This document shows, one piece after another, positions 14,493 to 28,020 of a stretch of 64,000 nucleotides of DNA. The stretch spans positions 61,070,001 to 61,134,000 of the forward strand of contig OX597817.1 in assembly GCA_951406725.2 (NCBI GenBank). The letters run 5' to 3'. The notes under the pieces are model-generated. The model did no database searches. It was not told the DNA's origin and saw nothing but the letters and a program-made list of their open reading frames with translations. Positions within the stretch are counted from its first letter, which is position 1. Each line of letters begins with the position of its first letter. Origin of the DNA: Octopus vulgaris. Its lineage: Eukaryota. The position numbers and the translations under genes were made by a program.

Positions 14493-14906
14493 TATGAATA
14501 AATAAATAAAATAAAATGATATAATATAATCATTTTTACTCCTGATTGGAATTGCGTTTTATGCAGAACTGTTTTGATACTATACACGCGTTTGTCGTGA
14601 AAAAGTATTAATCTGACTTATCTTTTATCTATATGTGCAAATATTTGTGTGTGGACGTGCGAATCTGTTTTGTACGGATATGTATAATTATTTGTACTTA
14701 TATTTCTCGTGTATTTTGTTGATGAAGGAAAAACGCCTGTTTTTACGACTTTAATCTAGAAATTGGACACAATTCACAATTAATGTGAAGTCTTTTTCAC
14801 GTTTTTTCATTTGGAGTTTTTCGGTAGTATCTGAATGCCGCACCATTTTCAAGCATGTTAGAGATAGGTAATTTTTTCGCACTTGCTCCCTTAAAATAAT
14901 TATATA

Positions 14907-15790
14907 TGCTGGAAAGTTTCAAGCTTTATACTATCAGCATGCAAAACTGAATGCAATACCCAATGAATACACTGGACCCGGAGGGATTGCAATCCCAGAG
15001 GCACAATCAGTGCGTGACCTGGGTATTCACATGAGTGATGACGCGACCTTTCATGTACATGTTGCTAAACTGACAATGAAATGTAGACGGCTGGCTGGAT
15101 GGATTCTTAGAACCTTTAGAACAAGAGAACAAGAAACCATGATGGTCCTCTGGAAGACACTTGTCCTAAGCCACTTTGACTATTGCTCTCAGCTATGGTC
15201 ACCATCCAGTGTCAAGTTGATCACAGAACTTGAGGCGATCCAACGAAGCTACACGAAGAAGATAGCCTCTATGCAGAATGTAAGCTACTGGGAAAGACTC
15301 AAGAGATTAAAATTATATTCCCTGGAGCGTAGGCGGGAAAGATATGCCATAATATACATCTGGAAGATCCTGGAGGGAAGTGTCCTGAACTTTGGCATCG
15401 AGAGTTACGCAAATGCCAGAACTGGGCGCCACTGCGTGGTGCCTAGGACTCCAAACCTGCCATCAAGATGTAGGACAAGATTCTGTGATAGCCTGGGCTT
15501 CCGAGGCCCACAGCTCTTCAATATCCTCCCGAAGAACCTGAGAGACCTGCATGGAGTGGATACAGATGTCTTTAAACTGAAGCTGGATCTCTTCCTGTCA
15601 GGTGTCCCAGATGAACCAACTTCACGGCAGGTGGGGCAGATGAGGGCAGCTGCATCGAACTCTCTCATGCACCAAATAGCAGTTGCTAGAAAGCCTCCAT
15701 GAAGTGAAACCAAGTAGCAACACCAAATGGCGGTGCCCCAGCATGGCCACAGCTCATAAGCTGAAACTAGAATCAATCAATCAATCAATC
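14907..15790 (+). mobile_element. 5'-truncated CR1/L2-group LINE (open frame 15010-15702, 3' UTR, (AATC)n tail)
   Basis: RDLGIHMSDD...SHFDYCSQLWSP...SYWERLKRLKLYSLERRRERY...FKLKLDLFL; related to 1024-1617 but a distinct family; TA-rich flanks. Confidence 0.85.
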
Positions 15791-16399
15791 ATATATAATT
15801 ATTAATCTTAGATATATATATATATATATGCTTTATTAATAAAGCTGCAAAAACATCACAAAAAAGTTACTCAAATATTCACATTCCCCTTCGTCTGACA
15901 TACATTCAGGCAGACTGTGTGTGTGTGAGTACAATTTTACGTACCTGGATACGTAAATGTGTAGTCTGATTTAAGCGGATATATAAACATGTACATTGTC
16001 GAAACGATATTAGTTGAGCCCATTTATTTACTTGGTTTTTGTCATGGCCTACTTCCATAAGAAGTGACACTCTGAAGTGTTGCACCAGAACATGACTTCC
16101 ACGCTGACTAATTTATCTGGTGTTGTTTTATATCAAGCGCCGATTGTTATTTTATATTAAGCATTGACCGTCTAGTAGACCACCAGACAGTCCTGCTCGA
16201 GCAGGTCTTTTTTAACTTCCACAGCTCTGAGTTGAGGACTAAACACAAAGAGTTGTTCCAACATGAAACGGCGCTTCTATTGGTTTGTCAGATAAACTCC
16301 TTCGTTTTCTTTTCCTAATTAGAACTCCATCGATATATATGTTTGAAACGAAGTAAAATTCATTCTAAAAACGATAAGCATCTTAACATCACATTATCA

Positions 16400-16920
<521 letters not shown>

Positions 16921-19900
16921 CTGACAGATCCCGTCTTTTTCCCTTTCTTTTCGTTTCCTTCTCCGTATTTTATTCTCATTATTTCGAACTAATACAGACA
17001 CAGTAAGCCTTGAAGAAAGGAAGAGGAGGAAAGGAGGAAAAAAAAATGTCCGGAGATAAAACTATCAACAAAAAAAATACAGACGAATATAGATCTGCTA
17101 GTCTTAAGAAGCGGCGCTATGAGCAATGCTTACATGTAGTGAACCCTAAACTGACAGATCCATCTCCTAATATAAGAATGGATGCTCGTCATGCTTCAAG
17201 GTCAACAAATCAAACAATAAACCGCATTGGTCATTGCGCGGATTACAAAAGACCACGTACCCGAAAATTGAACCAAATCCTGATTGAAAAATCAGTTACT
17301 GGATCAAATCTTCCCAACACACAGGAGCTGGACGAACCCCACAACCGGAATATTCCAACAGATGGCCATCCATGCTCATCACCAAATAATCAAAAGAAAA
17401 AGAAGGAAAAATGGTCTTGGGAAGATAATAAAGAAGTTCTCGAGGCCTTCTACCATGCCATATATTTCCCCACAGATAAGTCTAGCACTGTACAAGCATA
17501 CTTAAACTGGAGACAGAAACACCCTGAAGTAAGACCCTACATAGACAGTAACAAGCTTGCCAATGTTAGAAGAAACATTATAAAAAAGAAATTACTGACT
17601 GAAGTAGAGATTGATCAGGTTAGACAAGCAATATCGGATAAAATGAACGAAGCTGCAGCTAGAGAAGATAATACAGAGGAAATGATTATAGACCAGCCCA
17701 GGGCGGATAAAAACGAAGAGAGGATTGAAAGAGTTAGTATAAGTGATAGGCAAAGTGAAATACGCCCTGAACCAATCATAAACACTAAGACAGATGAGCA
17801 TCAAATAGATAAAGAAAGTCACACAAATATTGACCCAACAGAACTACATGAGCTAAAAAATCAAATCATGATTGAATGGCTGAAAATTAAAGAAACCAGC
17901 ATGGATGAGCGTGATACACTTCCTAAAATCCGCAACTCTAACCAAAACATGAAAATAATTGGTAAAATCCGGCTTGCACTTAAGGATATAATTTCAGTTA
18001 ATGATGTTGATATCACAAACCTCAACCACCTATACTATGCATCCGCGAAAATCTCAACGATCCTATGTGGTGTAAAGATTAGAAAACGGCAACAGTCCCA
18101 CAAAAAGCCTTCTTGGCAAGAGCGTCTGCAACAACAAATTAAAGTATTTAGATCTGACATTGAATATTTGAAAAACCTTAAGGCTCACAAGACTACCAAA
18201 CCTACAAAAACCCAAAAATTACTGAAAAAATACAATATGAAAACTATACTTGATATTGATGCCACCATAGAAACCATCAAACAAAAGGTATCTGCCAAAG
18301 CTACCCGCATAGCGAGGTATGAAAAGCGTGTTAGATTTTTCAAGGACAACAACATGTTCAAAAATAACACCAAGAATTTTTACAGGAAGATAGGAAAAAC
18401 AGCGTTTACTGCAGGGTCTGTACCATCAAAAGAAGAAGTGCAGAGATTTTGGAATAAAATCTGGGCAGAAGAAAAAGCACACAACGAAAAGGCCCCCTGG
18501 ATTGACAGAATATCTACAGAACTGGACCCCTTAGAAGAGCAAAAGTGGGAGGGTGTCAAGGTAGAAGATATAAGATCTGCTCTCAGGAGGTCAAGCAAAT
18601 GGAAGTCTCCAGGAAAGGATAAAATTCCTAACTTCTGGCTGAATGCCTTCCCAGAGAGCCATGAACTGCTAACAGAACTGTACAATGATGTTCTGCAACA
18701 CCCTAGTAGGATGCCTCCTTGGCTAGTTAATGGGTTAACATTCCTGCTTCCAAAAAGTGAAGAAACAAATGAACCAAAAAACTATAGACCCATAACCTGC
18801 TTAACAACTATGTACAAAACTCTAACATCTGTCCTGACGGAATATACCTATAGTTTTTTAACAGACAGCAGCATATTCCCTAATGAACAGAAAGGATGTA
18901 AACGTGGATCCTACGGCTGTAAAGACCAACTACTCATCAATAAGATGATCTTAGAAGATTGTCACAAACGACACAAAAACTTATCAATAGCCTGGATAGA
19001 CTATAAAAAGGCTTTTGATAGCCTACCACATAGCTGGATTAGGAAATGCCTTGAAATGTATAAGATAGCACCAACTCTGCGAAACTTCTTGACTGTAAGT
19101 ATGAGATCATGGAGAACCACACTAACTCTGAACAGTGACAGTGAATCCCTAAATGCTGGTGATGTAAAAATTTCGTGTGGCATTTTCCAGGGTGACTCAC
19201 TGTCACCACTCCTCTTTTGTTTATCCTTAATACCTCTCTCAAAGCTGCTCAATGACGCGCAGTACGGGTATAAAATGTTTGATAAAAATATAAATCATCT
19301 CGTTTACATGGATGATTTAAAGCTTTTTGCAAAAAATGATCAACAACTCAAGGGCTTACTAGCGATAGTCAAACAATTCAGTGACGACATCAGAATGCAA
19401 TTCGGCCTCGATAAATGTGCAAAGGCTACCTTTATCAAAGGAAAAATGACAGAAACATCTAACGTTAACCTTGACCAACAGAATGTCATAAAAGAACTAG
19501 ACCCAGCGGAGAGCTACAAGTACCTAGGGGTAATTGAAGGGAACGGAATAAGGCATTCAGAGATGAAGGAAAGGATCAGGAGAGAATGCTATCGAAGAGT
19601 GAGAGCAATACTCAAGACAGAGCTGAATGCAAGAAACAGGATCGAAGCAATCAATGCATTAGCTATACCAGTCGTGACTTACAGTTTCAATATTGTTAAC
19701 TGGTCAATTACTGAAATATGTCAGCTCGACAGAAAAATAAGGAAACTGTTGACAATGCATAGAATGCACCACCCTAAGGCAGATACAGAACGACTCTATC
19801 TGCCAAGAAAGGAGGAGGTCGTGGTCTTTTGCAACTGGCAATAACAATGAAGATTGCTACAATTGGCCTAGACACCTACCTGAAAAACTCTGAGGACTGG

Positions 19901-20891
19901 ATGTTAAAACTTGTCTCAAAACATGAAAACAAGAAAGCATCATACTCAGTCACAAAACAGGCAAAGGAATATCTAAGTGAATTCCGAATACAACCAATTT
20001 CGGAATTAGAGATAGACATACAAGAAACAAGCACAGAAAAAGCTAGGCGCATGAAAACCCGTGCCAAAACTGCGGCCTTAGATATTCTGAATAATAAATG
20101 GCAAGAAAAACCTCTCTACGGCAAATACCCAAAGAGAGCGAATAATGCAGATATCGACAAAGCCCTGACCCATCAATGGCTAATGGCCTCTGGCTTAAAA
20201 TCTGAAACAGAGGGGTTTATCATAGCAGCTCAAGATCAATGCCTACCAACAAGAAACTACCAGGCCAACATATTAAAGATCAGAAGCAGTCCAACGTGTC
20301 GTGTATGCAAGCAACAAAATGAAACCATTGACCATGTGGTCTCCAAGTGCAGTCTTCTAGCGCCTACAGAGTATCTCAACAGGCACGATAGAGCTGCACA
20401 ATATATTCACTGGGTAATCTGTAAAAACCTGGATTTGCCCCATGAAAAAAACTGGTGGGAACACAAACCACCCCCAGTGCTTGAAAATGACCACATCTCA
20501 CTCCTCTGGAACTTCACCATTCAAACTGACAGGAAGATAGATGCAAATAGGCCAGACATCATATTGAAAGACTTCAAACAAAGAACATGCCTCCTCATTG
20601 ATATGACTGTCCCAATCGATATAAACGTATCTGTCAGGACCTACCAAAAACAGAGCAAATATAAAGATCTTGAAATAGAAATCAGCAAAATGTGGAAGCT
20701 GAAGACTAAAACAATACCTGTTGTCATAGGTGCCCTGGGAATGATAGCAAAAGGGGCTGATAGCTACCTAACTCAGATACCAGGAAACCCCAAAATGGCA
20801 GAAGTTCAAAAGATAGTGCTCATGGGAACTGCTCATATCCTACGCAAAATACTCTCTATGTAACCTCAAGGTTTAAAACAACCATAATTTT

Positions 20892-20924
<33 letters not shown>

Positions 20925-21108
20925 CTTTTTTTTTTAGACATTCATTAGTACAACATCCCCACCCCCCAAATATATGGCACACTAGGCATAACAACAACAT
21001 GAACTTCCAACCCTGTTGTCTCTTGAGGTCTCTGGGTGAGACTTGGAGCCAACTTGTACAAATATAAAGCAAAAGTCAAACATAGAATAATAATAATAAT
21101 AATAATAA
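16921..21108 (+). mobile_element. Near-full-length R4/Dong-clade non-LTR retrotransposon with restriction-like endonuclease
   Basis: Single long coding region with short UTRs, bounded by (TAA)n on both sides, consistent with the known TAA targeting of Dong/R4 elements. Confidence 0.9.
17046..20863 (+). pseudogene. Retrotransposon ORF (Myb-like domain, RT, CCHC finger, PD-(D/E)xK endonuclease) with one frameshift near 19812
   Basis: KWSWEDNKEVL..W (Myb-like), KSPGKDKI, YRPITCL, WIDYKKAFDS, GIFQGDSLSPLLF, YMDD (19305-19316), YKYLG; then CRVC...HVVSKC, RHD, NRPDI, KYKDL in the second frame. Restoring one G in GGAGGAGG gives LPRKEGGRGLLQL. Confidence 0.92.
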
Positions 21109-21109
21109 A

Positions 21110-21576
<467 letters not shown>

Positions 21577-22207
21577 TAACAATAATAAAGATACAGTGGC
21601 CTCTGCTCCTTGGAACAAACTGGTCATGTGAACTTCCAGTCAGGTTTTCTCGACCCACTTGTTGTCATGGTTACCTCCTGGACCCGTAGCAGTCAAAAGG
21701 GTCTGCCTTCCTTCCTTCCTAATATACTCTTTCTCTGGAAATTTTCCCTTGCACCTGTTATTCTTCTAGTCTTTCACTTTCAAATATTTACGATGATTAT
21801 CATCAGAATTGAGCTTATTGGTCTCGGAAACGGTTCCAAATACTATTGGCACGTCTCTACTTCCTGATCAAATAGTAAAAACACCCTCAAAATACCCCCA
21901 AGAAACGATGCATTTACCAAACACCTCCATACACAAAGCATTGATTTTATATCGAAGACTATAAAAGAAAACAATTAACTAAAGCGCCGCGTAGTGGTAT
22001 CGAACCAGGGAGCAGGTAGTTGTGGAGTAAGCTTCTAAATTACACATTTAGATTTGTGTTTTTGTTAAAACTCTTAGTAGTAAGAGATAGTGATTGGAGG
22101 AGATCCCGAGGGCTGCGACTTTTAAACGAGTGTGATTTCACTGTAGCGAGTATTAGAGGGGGTTGCACTTTATTCACATACAGAAAGAAATAGAGATAGA
22201 TAGACAG

Positions 22208-22260
<53 letters not shown>

Positions 22261-22609
22261 GACGTAGTGAGAGAATTAAAGTGTGAAAGCGACACCATTG
22301 AATTCGAAATAAATATGAGTGTGTGTGTGTGTTTACGTATGTATGAGTGTGTGTAGTAAGTAGGTATATATGTATATATATATAAGAAATATTGAGTTTC
22401 TAAATCTCTCGTAGAGAGGTGTACGGTGGTGGAGCGATATAATGGTTGTATACTGTCAATCTAACAAGAACGTGACAGTAGGGGGTACACCACCGTTATA
22501 TAGCCCTAGGAGGCATCGAACGCCTCCTGACAGCTTCGACACATTTTATCCTGTGTCCTTATATACACATACGAAGGGGAGACAAACACCCCCAACTGCC
22601 GGAACTGCA

Positions 22610-22655
22610 TCTAGGGACACCGTGTTTCAGGATCATTGTCCTTCATCGGCCTAGA
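22610..22655 (-). ncRNA. Type I hammerhead ribozyme (predicted), copy 1
   Basis: Minus strand: TCTAGG-CCGATGA-AGGA CAATGA TCCT-GAAAC ACGGT GTC|CCTAGA. Confidence 0.75.
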
Positions 22656-22973
22656 GTAGCATACACCGGTCAGCTGGCGATGTCTGTCTCGACTTCGTAT
22701 CTGTATATATCTATAGTCAGTGAAGTCTATTCACTGATTATCAAAATAAGAAATATTGAGTTTCTAAATCTCTCGTAGAGAGGTGTACGGTGGTGGAGCG
22801 ATATAATGGTTGTATACTGTCAATCTAACAAGAACGTGACAGTAGGGGGTACACCACCGTTATATAGCCCTAGGAGGCATCGAACGCCTCCTGACAGCTT
22901 CGACACATTTTATCCTGTGTCCTTATATACACATACGAAGGGGAGACAAACACCCCCAACTGCCGGAACTGCA

Positions 22974-23019
22974 TCTAGGGACACCGTGTTTCAGGATCAT
23001 TGTCCTTCATCGGCCTAGA
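22974..23019 (-). ncRNA. Type I hammerhead ribozyme (predicted), copy 2
   Basis: Identical to copy 1, 364 bp away. Confidence 0.75.
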
Positions 23020-23233
23020 GTAGCATACACCGGTCAGCTGGCGATGTCTGTCTCGACTTCGTATCTGTATATATCTATAGTCAGTGAAGTCTATTCACTG
23101 ATTATCAAAATAAGAAATATTGAGTTTCTAAATCTCTCGTAGAGAGGTGTACGGTGGTGGAGCGATATAATGGTTGTATACTGTCAATCTAACAAGAACG
23201 TGACAGTAGGGGGTACACCACCGTTATATAGCC

Positions 23234-23277
23234 CTAGGCCGATGAAGGACAATGATCCTGAAACACGGTGTCCCTAG
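23234..23277 (+). ncRNA. Type I hammerhead ribozyme (predicted), inverted copy
   Basis: CTAGG-CCGATGA-AGGA CAATGA TCCT-GAAAC ACGGT GTC|CCTAG; predicted cleavage after 23272. Confidence 0.75.
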
Positions 23278-23449
23278 ATGCAGTTCCGGCAGTTGGGGGG
23301 GGTGTTTGTCTCCCCTTCGTATGTGTATATAAGGACACAGGATAAAATGTGTCGAAGCTGTCAGGAGGCGTTCGATGCCTCCTAGGGCTATATAACGGTG
23401 GTGTACCCCCTACTGTCACGTTCTTGTTAGATTGACAGTATACAACCAT

Positions 23450-23522
<73 letters not shown>

Positions 23523-23646
23523 ACCACTTCACAAGTGGCACAATGTTTTTGTGAATCAAGCAATCAAGCTAATTAAACCGCCGAGACCTTCACCAAATTC
23601 CTAACTTTTTAATCTTCTTATCAGCTGATCAATATACACGTATATT

Positions 23647-23677
<31 letters not shown>

Positions 23678-24239
23678 GTGAGTGTGTTTGCCTGAACGTA
23701 TTTATACATATACATATGCACACACACACACACATATATAGGCAGTCAGTGCGATGTCAGTCGTTTCCCCACGAGTGAGTTAATCCTCTTTAGTGAATAC
23801 GAAGTGTAAAGAGTCTGCTACATTGCATTAATGTCCGTCTCTCTTGTTTTCTTTATTCAAATTAGACGCTTTTCAAATTCTTGTTGTGTACATACAACAT
23901 TATAAACATTGGTTTAATATAGAACAATGATTGCTTAGCACAATAGAGGTTCCAGGATCGATATCCGTTGTCTACGTATTCGATGATGTTCCTGTTGGCC
24001 ACAGTATGGCCACAGTATGGCCACATCTTCATCGGTAAAAGCATTACTGTTCAATAATACAGACTTATACACATGTCTGTGTTTGTTGTCTGCGCCAACG
24101 CAGAGACGCACGAAACTCGGAATCGCACTGAAGTGGATTATTAACCTCCGATCAATAAAGTCGGCGGGTATTGTGTACTTTCTCCTCTCTTTTCATACAC
24201 ACGCGCACACCTTTCAATAGGTGTCTGTACGCGCGCGCG

Positions 24240-24287
<48 letters not shown>

Positions 24288-24397
24288 GTAAAAAGTGAAA
24301 AAACTACATATATATATATATTTTTTTTTTAACCTTTTAAAACAAGCCTTCTGTAGTTTTTTCACTTTTTACTATATTCTATATACCAACTTTCTCA

Positions 24398-24436
<39 letters not shown>

Positions 24437-24513
24437 GGCGGTGCCCCAGCATGGCCACAGCTCATAAGCTGAAACTAGAATCAATCAATCAAAAATCAAT
24501 CATATATATATAC

Positions 24514-24647
24514 GCGTGGGTGTGTGGTGGAAAACTTGCTTCTTAACCACATAGTGCCGGGTTCAGTCCCACTGCGTGGCACCTTAGGCAACTGTCTTCT
24601 TCTATAGCCTCGGGCCGACCACAGACGGAAATTGTCAGAAGCCCGCC

Positions 24648-24726
<79 letters not shown>

Positions 24727-24925
24727 TGTATGTGTGTTTGTGTGTCTGTGTTTGTCCCCCACCATCGCTTGACAACAGATTTTGGTATGTTTACGTCCAC
24801 GTAACTTAGCAGTTCGACGAAAGAAAACGATAGAATAAGTACTATGCGAATTGTTCGACCAAAGGCAGCGCTCCAGGATGACCGCTGGCACATGACTGAA
24901 AAAAATAAAAGTAAAGAATAAAAGA
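24514..24925 (+). mobile_element. tRNA-derived SINE, family 1 (diverged)
   Basis: Head with GGTTCAGTCCCACTGCGTGGCACCTT, internal TA/TATG tract, tail GCTCCAGGATGACC...GACTGAAA. Confidence 0.75.
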
Positions 24926-25063
24926 ATATATGTATATATATACATATACATACACACAAACATTCACATATATGTGTGTGTGTGTGTGTGTATGCATATA
25001 TATGTATGTGTTTGTGTGTGTGGACAAAGGAAAGAAAGAAGCACTCAACACACTTAGTGGGAG

Positions 25064-25478
25064 TTACTCTTTTACTTGTTTCAGTCATTTGACTGCGGCC
25101 ATGCTGGAGCACCGCCTTTAATCGATTAACTCGACCCCGGCCGGGACTTATTCTTTGTAAGCCCAGTCTATCGGTCTCTTTTGCCGAACCACTAAATGAC
25201 GGGGGACATAAAAACACCAGCATCGGTTGTCAAGCAATGCTAGGGGAACAAACATAGACACACAAACATACACGCACACACACACACATACACATATATA
25301 CATACATATATACATATATACGACGGGCTTCTTTCAGTTTCCGTTTACCAAATCCACTCACAAGGCTTTGGTCGGCCCGAAGCTATAGTAGAAGACACTT
25401 GCCCAAGGTGCCACGCAGTAGGACTGAACCCGGAACTATGTGGTTGGTAAACAAGCTACTTACCACACAGCCACTCCT
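25064..25478 (-). mobile_element. tRNA-derived SINE, family 1
   Basis: Full-length reverse match to 44105-44487. Confidence 0.8.
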
Positions 25479-25586
25479 GTTACATTATTATATAAAACTC
25501 TTGATTCGGTTCCAATGGAACTAAAGAAACCCACGAAACTTTAAGACGCATTGGACCGAATTAAAGCGTTTTACATTATAATAATT

Positions 25587-25690
<104 letters not shown>

Positions 25691-25827
25691 CCATCCATCC
25701 ATACGTATGTGTGTATGTGTGTACTTTTGAAGAATCAGGACTTAACATCCAGGTAATTCTATGTATGATGACATTTCCTTTCCTGGACGGTATGTTACAT
25801 CACAACATAACTCCAAGCAAAACAGGA

Positions 25828-26204
25828 ATATTTTCTACTCTAGACACAAGGCCCGAAATCTTGGGGGAGGAAGTCGATTAGATCGACCTCAGTATGCAAC
25901 TGGTACTTAATTTATCGACTCGAAAGGCAAAGTCGACCTCGGCGGAATTTGAACTCAGAACCTAAAAAAAAACAATCGAAATACCTATTTCTTTACTACC
26001 CACAAGGGGTTAAACACAGAGAGGACAAACAAGCACTGACAAACGGATTAAGTCGATTATATCGACCCCAGTGTGCAACTGGTACTTATTTAATCGACCC
26101 CGAAAGGTTGAAAGGCAAAGTCGACCTCGGCGGAATTTGAACTCAGAATGTAACGGCAGACGAAATGCGGCTAAGCATTTCGCCCGGCGTGCTAGCTCGC
26201 CACC
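25828..26204 (-). mobile_element. tRNA-derived SINE, family 2
   Basis: Reverse match to 3985-4385, including the duplicated body. Confidence 0.8.
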
Positions 26205-26947
26205 TTTGAAACCAAACAAGAATCAAAATGTTTCTCTGTTTTCTCTTTTCTTTTGAATGGCTTCTAAAGCGAGAAGCAGAAATTAATGTGGTTTGTGTTG
26301 GGAAACGAGAGAGGAGACAGCGTGCCTCTGGTTCTGATATTGGAGCATCAGGAAACCAAGTGCGGCAAGCTGGCAGAACCTTTACTGCCTCGAACAGAAT
26401 GCTTGGTAACATTTCTTCCGCTTCGTAACGTTCCGTGTTCAAATCCCACCCTGACCAACTTCCTTTTTCATCTTTATGAGTTCGATAAAATAAAATGAAT
26501 TATTAGACAAATAACTTTCTTGCGTTCAATTCTGCTAATGGCTCAGCATCTTATACATAAGGAATATTATGATCTCGGTCATTCATACGCCATGGAAATC
26601 GGATAACTGGCCCTTCCTGCTATTTTCCAGCGGACTGTCTCCCCGTTCATCTGAAGTATTGTGATCTCAAGCACTTATACATCATGAAAACAGGATGACC
26701 AGTCCGACGACGACGACGACGATGATGATGATGATGATGATGATGATGGATCAAATTACACTCAAATTACATTCCCTCGCCGACATTTCTTCTTTATCAG
26801 TGGCACCTACAATAAAAAAAATTAGTCTCTCTGTGGCAGCTATGAGACTTTTGGGCAACACCATTTTGGCACCGCCTATTTTGGCGTCGCTGATTCGATA
26901 CTGACTTGGTGGACAGTAGACATTTTAATGTTTCTCTCGTTCTCAGG

Positions 26948-27045
<98 letters not shown>

Positions 27046-27553
27046 CGTGAGCATACGTCACTTTACGCGAATGAGAAGCGGCACAGTATCATATCACTTA
27101 TGTCAATTGTGTACAATTGATAAATTGGAATGTCATTCCTCCTCCTCTCTTTCTCCCCCTCCCCTCCCCTCCTTCTCCTCTCTTTATATGTGTAAGCATA
27201 TTTCTCTTAATGTGAATGAGAATGAAAGTGTCTGCGTTAATCGTGTTCAATCAATAAATCGTAGTGCCCCCCCTCTCTCTTACCCTCTCACTGTATGTGT
27301 ATACTTTTGTGCGTTGGTTTGTGTTGTGTACGCCTCCCGCGTCAAAAAGTATCGTCGCCAAAACTGGTTGAATGTCCTGTCGGCCGTATCAAATAACCAG
27401 CGCCCAAACAGCAACGCCAAATCATCTCATCCCAGTCTGTGGCAGTTTTTATAGAAATCCAAGCTTGAAGCTGTTGTCATATCACATAAAAGTTGTACTC
27501 GCAGAGAAGCACAAGAAGAACGCAAACACAAGCATACATACATACGTACGAAC

Positions 27554-27616
<63 letters not shown>

Positions 27617-27647
27617 AAATATACACATACATGTATATGTAAAGATG

Positions 27648-27935
27648 TGAAGGCGCTTGCAGAGTAGTTAGCATGTTGCACTCGCGATCGCCAGATCATC
27701 AGTTCGATTCTCGGTCCGAGCAGAGAGTTGTGTTCTTGAGTTAAACACTTTCTTACATGTCGCTCCAGTCCACCGAGCTGCAAATGGGTCACCCTGTTAT
27801 GGACTGGCATCAGTCTGATCAGTGGTGAATGTTGGCCTGCTCGGAGTGGCATCTTTCGGCATTTAAAACGATGCCAAGCACATTGTGCCAAGCGATGTAT
27901 AACAACACCTGATAGTCTGGTCCGTCACGGGATCG
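27648..27935 (+). mobile_element. tRNA-derived SINE, family 3 (V-SINE-like central motif)
   Basis: tRNA-like head (AGAGTAGTTAG...AGTTCGATTCTC) then GCTCCAGTCCACCGAGCTGCAAATGGGTCACCCTGTTATGGACTGGCATC. Related heads at ~54200-54276 (minus) and ~11970-12060. Confidence 0.55.
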
Positions 27936-27955
27936 CGATCGCATGATATATATAT

Positions 27956-27987
<32 letters not shown>

Positions 27988-28020
27988 CACACACATACAC
28001 ACACACATATACATACATAC

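Larger units (their letters stand above)
22383..23454. mobile_element. 364-bp tandem unit (about 2.35 copies) plus inverted partial copy, with hammerhead ribozymes (retrozyme or Penelope pLTR-like)
   Basis: Unit starts at 22383, 22747 and 23111 with apparently identical sequence. 23234-23454 is the reverse complement of ~22436-22654 (two extra G in a G run). Both ends merge into TA-rich tracts. Confidence 0.85.

Noticed and set aside
16030-16300. Second GIY-YIG remnant on minus strand (KEFI*QTNR)
   Set aside because: Its position upstream of a decayed HHR tail is suggestive, but it is too degenerate to support by eye.
22442-22654. 70-aa ORF repeated three times (MVVYCQSNK...)
   Set aside because: Antisense to the ribozyme strand, no recognisable domain, and repeated only because the unit is repeated.
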